Source: Tetramitus jugosus
Lineage: Eukaryota; Protista; Heterolobosea
DNA length: 64,000 bases
Direction: 5' to 3'
NCBI GenBank assembly: GCA_937625935.1
Contig: OW569387.1
Span: 1 to 64,000, forward strand
In this document: positions 58,061-64,000 of the stretch, piece after piece
How the letters are laid out: each line of letters starts with the position of its first letter
Numbering within the stretch: the stretch's first letter is position 1
Made by a program: the position numbers and the translations under genes
Notes under the pieces: model-generated
What the model was told of the DNA's origin: nothing
Database searches by the model: none
Seen by the model: only the letters and a program-made list of their open reading frames with translations

Positions 58061-58309
58061 ATAAAGTTAGTCCTTCTGTAATGAATGGTTGATTTATTGT
58101 AAAATTTTAACTGTTAGGGCTGTCTGAAGTTAATGCACTTCGTATTGTGCTTCGACAGAGCCCGATAAAAAATCGTCCAACAAGGTTTGGCAAACAAACG
58201 AGATGACCAGAACAAAGAAATTGAGAGGTACTTGTGCATGATACCTCTCAACAATGTACAACAGATCAGTTGAGAAGATAAGAGAACATCAAGTATAATG
58301 TTAACAATT

Positions 58310-59918
58310 TTACACATAACTTCCCCTGTCGTACTTGATACCATATTGCTTACAGATCAACTCGGTTACAATTCTGCCTGATTCATAGATGGTAGGTAAT
58401 CCACTACCAGGGTGTGTCATCGCCCCTGCGATGAACACATTATCTAGCTCTTCGAACTTGTTTCTTGGTCTAAAGGAGAGTAACTGGAAAATGTTGTGAG
58501 CTAGACTGAATACTGCTCCCTGATGAACATTATTCTCATCTCTCCAAGTGTTTGGAGTGAAAATTTGTTCCGCTTCGATATTATCCCTTATATCCTTGCA
58601 TCCAACTTTCTTCTCCAAATGACTCAATGTCAATTCTCTCATGTAAGCAATATGGGACGGGTCACTCCAATCTGTTACCTTGTCTTTTATCAAGTTTGGA
58701 ACAGGAACCAAAATATAGAGCCCACTTTTACCAGGAGGTGACAATGTTGGATCATTGATGGCCGCATTTCTCACATAGATGGAAAAGTCTTCGCCCAATG
58801 AACCATTTGCGATTGCCTTCATATTGGCATCATAATCGTCAGCAAACGAAATAATATGATGTTGCAAATCTGGATAAAACTTGTTCAAGGCAATGTACAT
58901 CATGAAGGTAGAGCAAGAGTACTTCCTCTGATCGAGCTTTTTTGGCTGCCACTTGCTCAACAATTGATCACCATCCGGTAGTAACTTTGTCATGGCATAA
59001 GCAAAGTCAGCATTGATCACTACATCGTCAACAGTTTCTATCTCTCCATTCTCTAACTCAATTCCAGTTACAGTTTTTCCTTTCATTACGAGCTTCTTCA
59101 CCTGAGAATTTAGTTTCAATTTTCCTCCACATTCTTCGAAAGCCTTCGCCATAGCGACAGAAATCTCTGACAATCCTCCTTCGACATGGTACACACCAAA
59201 AGCATGCTCCACATATGGAATAAGACCAAAGAATGCAGGACAATCCCATGGACTCATACCCAAGTACTTGGCCTGAAAACTGAATGATAACTTAAGCAGA
59301 GGATCATCATAGTACTTTCCCAAGACTCCGAATAGAGATTGTCCCAGTGTTAAGTATGGCAATGCTTTTATGCTTTGCCAGTTGATGACATCAGTATGGT
59401 TGTTGTACACCTTCTCCAACAATGGAATGGTATGCCGGTATCTCTTTGTTTCCCAATCAATGAACTTATCATAACCCCGTACATCATTCGGAAACACTCT
59501 CGACAACTCTCCCAACATTTTATCCTTGTGTGACACATCAAAGCAGTCAATGTGCTTCTCTGGACCAAACTGTAGTCGATACATTGGGTTCAATCGATGA
59601 AACTTCAAGTAGTTATCCACATTCTTGCCAGCATCTGTTGAAACGTGGTGTCATTACATGTGTACAATTCGATACGTGAGAAATTAAGCTGTTTCTATCG
59701 GACGTACCTTGGAAACATTTATCCAAAACAAATTTCATCATCAACATGGTAGGACCAACATCGAATTTTGAACTACCGACTCCTACACAATCATTTCTCT
59801 CAAAAATTGTCACATCAAAGCCCTTGGATGCCAGGAGCATACCAGTTGTGAGTCCTCCAGGTCCACCACCGATAATACCAATTTTACCTGCTTTCTTAGC
59901 TATTATTCTACTTGCCAT
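58310..59918 (-). CDS. crtI: Bacterial-type phytoene desaturase family (CrtI/CrtN) protein; exons 59918-59708, 59634-58310
   Basis: IIGGGPGGL, FDVGPT, FQAKYLGMSPW, VINADF, YSCSTF, YILVPVPN and THPGSGLPTIYESG. The GTACGT..CAG intron 59635-59707 joins FQ|DAGK. Confidence 0.9.
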
Positions 59919-60210
59919 TCTGAATCTATGGATGTTCAGTTGTTTGTGTGTTGCTTAGAGATATGATCCACCTAACAACAACTCATTCATAAGAAGAATT
60001 CTTGGTCCCGTTCGACCCGAACGGTTAATTAGGGTAAAATGGCTATTCAGATTGCGGCAATGGCTAGAGCGTCATCCGGGCCAACAATTCCTTCCTGAGA
60101 AATGGGTAATTGTGAGTACAAAAAAAGAAACTGATACCAGCCGAAGAACTACAGAGTAGGTCAGCGTTTATTACATTTACACCACATGGATATATGGAGA
60201 AATCAATTGA

Positions 60211-60825
60211 TCACTCTGGGTGAATCAAAGAATCCTTTAGAAGTTCAAAGCTCGTGGTCATTGGACCAGAGAACCACTCGTCGGATGGTAGAGGGGAATG
60301 AGGAGCAATGGTTTTGGCATCATCGATCGCCGCATGAAGCAACCGTAACTGCTTCTCATTCATGTTCTCTCTCATGAATGGTATCAAGATGGACTCCTCC
60401 TTCTCAATATGTTCCTTGAATAGTCTCATGACATCTTCAGCTGCATGCATGAAACTATCGGAATCAACACTCATATGCATCATTTCCTGCAACAATCTTG
60501 CAATTTGAGAGTGCTCTTTGAGACTTTCGGATGATAATTTATCTCCATCTTTCATGTACTGTGCGATCAGAGGATAAATGACTACATTCTCCATGGCATC
60601 ATGAGCACAAATCTCTCTAGAGATGGTTAACCAGATTTGTTTCTTCATCTCTGAGCTCTTAGCTTTCAGGAATTGCTTGTTATAGAGACTAAAGATCATT
60701 CGATGATCCTGCAAGATAAGATTGGTACCATCAACCTTGCTAGTGATGAGAAGGACGTCCTTGGGAACAACAGTCTCCAATCTTTTAAAGTCTTCTGAAG
60801 TGTATTTACTTGATGATTCAACCAT
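60211..60825 (-). CDS. Hemerythrin-like (HHE cation-binding) protein
   Basis: Complete ligand set: QDHR, AHDAME(NVVIYP), EH and EHIEKEE(SILIP). Confidence 0.9.
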   Translation of the reverse strand: MVESSSKYTSEDFKRLETVVPKDVLLITSKVDGTNLILQDHRMIFSLYNKQFLKAKSSEMKKQIWLTISREICAHDAMENVVIYPLIAQYMKDGDKLSSESLKEHSQIARLLQEMMHMSVDSDSFMHAAEDVMRLFKEHIEKEESILIPFMRENMNEKQLRLLHAAIDDAKTIAPHSPLPSDEWFSGPMTTSFELLKDSLIHPE

Positions 60826-61517
60826 TCTTGAGATTGGGATTATACAGTATGAATATGTCCAAAGCACGGGTTGGCAGTTGATGGTGTAAGTGATTCCTTT
60901 TGTATCTCAATTTCATGAAGGACGAAATCGCCTTTGCAACGACGGCTGCAGTGAGAAAGTTGAGTGAGAACATGAAAAGAGATCAGTCAGGAATTATTTA
61001 CAGTGCATCAACAGAAAAAAAAGTTCATCCATCAATCTATTGTAAAGGTTATAACTACTGAATACAAAGTTGTAAATGATACATTGCAATATCTACAATA
61101 ATGGAAGTGTCTCGCCTGAATACAACGAACAATCGGGGAAATGCATTTCCTCCACTACAGTAAATAATATACCAAAATAAAACTCCATCCTGACCGTTAC
61201 GACAAATTATTTTTTGGTATCATACGGCGAAAAAGCACTCAGCAACACGCCATCATCCGACAGCATCAACTAACTTTGTGAAAGCAGAAGCACAACACAC
61301 AATCTCTCAAAAAATTTGACCTTTGCGTGTTTTCCATTCTTCAACCGCTTTCTATTTATTTTCGCGTCAAAAACAAAAATCCGCCGACAAACGAAGAACA
61401 ACAAAAATCGTTGGACATCCCCAAATCATCATCTCTTTCGTTCACCACACATCGTAGAGTCACAATTGACACGTGAAAGCACAACAACTCAAAACAACTC
61501 TAACTTAACATCTAACG

Positions 61518-62783
61518 ATGAGCAACACAACTGGCAGTACAGGGTTTATTAGCTCTGTCTCACAAAAATCATCATCAGCGACCACATCATCAAAATCACC
61601 AAACGACACTTCACTCTCAGTCACCACGAATGTAAGTTTTTGAACTCAACTTCACAATACCTTTTTTCTACAAACAGAAAACTGATCCTTTTTTTTCATG
61701 ATGTGTGATTGTTGTCCAATTTGATGATCAAAAAAAATAGAATGAGCCAAATGTAGTGATGGCAACGATAGGAGCTGACGTAAAAGACAGTGATGTTCAA
61801 GCAGAGGACAACATGTTCTCTCCAAGAAGATATTCTCTTGGTGAGACTGATTTGACACCTTTGAGTGAGAAATCAAGTGATATTTTGACTGAAGAAGAAG
61901 CAAAGAATGCTCCAGTCACAGTAGACGACGACACGTATCACTTTAGCTATGAAGCACTTTTGGCTTGTGAATATGAAGATGATGAAGAATTCGATCCGTA
62001 TGTATCTTTTTTGTTGAGCTCTGAACTCAATTTCCGCTGTATTCGAGCTCTATTTGGCGCCAAAACAATCGGAATAATTCTAACGCTCAATTTTGTGTAT
62101 TTTGGCGCCACTTTATTGTATACGGAAAACACAGTTTCAAGTTTGTAGCAATGCTACCTCCAAAGAAGGCCATACGGCCATCTGCTTACTGCCTATCAGC
62201 AAAAGACATGAGTTCACCTCCTATTACTCTTGTGCTCGATTTGGATGAAACACTGGTCCACTGTAGTACAGATCCAATGCCTGGTGCTCACCACATCTTC
62301 CCCGTTCTCTTCCACGGTGTTGAATATCAAGTCTACGTACGGAAAAGACCTTACTTTGAAGAGTTTTTAAAGTTTGCATCCTCCTTGTTCGAAGTAGTTG
62401 TTTTCACTGCATCTCAAAAGGTGTATGCAGATAAGCTTTTGGACATTTTGGATCCAAAGAGACAATATGTCAAGCACAGAGTATTCAGAGACTCTTGTGT
62501 CTATGTCGATGGCAACTATTTGAAGGATTTGGAGATTTTGGGAAGGGACGCACACCGTGTGGTCATTATTGACAACTCACCTCAAGCTTTTGGTTATCAA
62601 GTTGACAATGGCATTCCTATTTTGAGCTGGTTTGACGATGAAAATGATCGTGAACTGCAAAAGGTGATACCATTCTTAAAGAAGCTGCACAAGGCAGAGG
62701 ATGTGCGACCCATTATCCGACAAAAGTTTAAGTTTAAGCAATTGATTGATTCGTACAAGGACAAGATTTCTGTGCGATTCTAA
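61518..62783 (+). CDS. CTDSPL2: CTD small phosphatase-like (NIF/FCP-SCP; CTDSPL2-like); exons 61518-61631, 61741-61997, 62135-62783
   Basis: [21 protein letters not shown] and [18 protein letters not shown]. Splicing restores the conserved [11 protein letters not shown]. Confidence 0.9.
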
Positions 62784-62978
62784 TCACGTGGAATGAGGTG
62801 AAGGCTGTGCTCCTGCTTCTCTCATCTATCTCACACATATTCCCATGCTATCATTGACGTCCAATTTTGAATTGAAAATAACGAAAAGCAACAACTCGAT
62901 CGAACAACTCAAAACACTTAACTTGTACAGAGAAAATAAAAACCACCACAAAATCGAATCATCAAAAACAGAGTCAAG

Positions 62979-63281
62979 ATGGTGAGCTTTATCGAAGTTC
63001 TGACCACACTTTCAATCGCATTCACGCTTTCCACACTTGGTATGAGACAATCACGTTTCTACTATGCTCTGATGCAAAAGTTTGTGGGTAATTACGCTCT
63101 TCCAGCCACGAGTCCGCTCGTGCAACAAAAACCAGGAACTGGAACAGTTTTCCACCAAGTGATCCACCAAACAAGCACACCATTGGCCATTCAATCCGCA
63201 GAAACAAGAAAGGAAATTGCAAGGGCATTTGATCCCGATTTTGATGAGAACAATCAAACCAAAGCGATGACGCCGACTTGA
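62979..63281 (+). CDS. Small hypothetical protein with N-terminal hydrophobic helix
   Basis: 100-aa ATG ORF after an A-rich leader, filling the space between two genes. Confidence 0.55.
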   Translation: MVSFIEVLTTLSIAFTLSTLGMRQSRFYYALMQKFVGNYALPATSPLVQQKPGTGTVFHQVIHQTSTPLAIQSAETRKEIARAFDPDFDENNQTKAMTPT

Positions 63282-63396
63282 GAATACAATGAATCACACA
63301 ACCGAACAATAATGGTATTGAGATTGGAAAAATCGATGCGTATGAACTATGTATGATACATTGAGTTTAATGCGAGAGTTCTTATGAGAACCTCTC

Positions 63397-64000
63397 TTAA
63401 GAACTTCGCTTCTTCAAAAACACTGGAAGCAATGCAAGCACAGCAATACCGAACAGTGTCAAAATATTTCCCAAATTAATAAATGGATTTCCAGCTTTTT
63501 CATCATCCACAAAATTGTAGATATTGGCACCAATGTTGACAGAGATGGCTGTTTGCGGAGCAATTCCAATCAGTGTAGCGCCAAAAAAGTACATGAATGG
63601 AACCTGTAGAATCGGAGAACAAACATTGATAAACCAGTTGGGCAGCATAGGACTAATTCTCAAAAACAACATGAAATAGAACAAGTTGCCCTTGTGCTTG
63701 TCAATCTGAGATCGGAAAAACGAGAGTCTATCGGAAAAATATGTGAGAAGTATTGTTCGACCAAAGATGTGACTCAACATAAAGGCGCATGAAGCTCCAG
63801 CAGTACCAGCCTATATAGAAGTAGCAATATATAACATGCAAAAATAATGAAATCAAAAATGCTAGTTAGCTCAGTTCTCATGCAACACAAAACACTGAAA
63901 AAGATATCGACAATAAATAAATACAACAAAAAAAGCAAAAAAACATACCAAAAGTGTCATCACAAAAGCAACCTTCAATCCAAACAGTGCGCCACACAGC
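63397..64000 (-). CDS. TMEM41B: TMEM41B / VTT (DedA) domain protein, 3' part; exons >64000-63949, 63810-63397
   Basis: GALFG, GASCAFMLS, LFLRISPMLPNWFIN..SP and FFGATLIG..P. GTATGT..TAG intron 63811-63948. Confidence 0.9.

Noticed and set aside
51964-60825. Bacterial contaminant or operon (hydrolase, oxidoreductase, crtI, hemerythrin)
   Set aside because: Mixed orientations, interleaved with a polyQ eukaryotic gene, and crtI has a spliceosomal intron.

Overview
This is a eukaryotic nuclear chromosome end in the standard genetic code, with compact genes and a few short spliceosomal introns (mostly GTATGT donors). The TTTGGG telomere and the gene families (RCC1-EGF receptor kinase, 'HLxGIHTL' F-box/LRR, BTB) suggest a free-living protist, most plausibly a heterolobosean amoeba; this is inference. 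There are four zones. (1) A (CCCAAA)n telomere at 1-789. (2) A ~1 kb non-coding cap (790-1767) that ends at a second short telomeric tract (1768-1789), and that tract truncates a SARAF/TMEM66 gene mid-domain. (3) A subtelomeric zone of decaying genes from ~1.8 to 25.2 kb, with frameshifts, nonsense codons and internal deletions: SUMO-like, putative Ig-fold transcription factor, F-box/LRR, calmodulin-like, 2OG-Fe(II) oxygenase, F-box/ankyrin, CRT-like, TPR, RCC1-EGF kinase and F-box. One intact gene stands out here, a secreted toxin-type R-S-ExE ADP-ribosyltransferase. (4) A mostly intact core from 25.3 to 64 kb: CH-domain protein, RasGAP, POLQ, C1q-like protein, F-box/LRR, ITFG2, RFxV/leucine-zipper protein, FKBP-TPR-PX, BTB, alpha/beta hydrolase, Gfo/Idh/MocA, polyQ transcription factor candidate, CrtI-like desaturase, hemerythrin-like protein, CTDSPL2-like phosphatase and TMEM41B. 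All family calls come from motif recognition by eye, not database searches.
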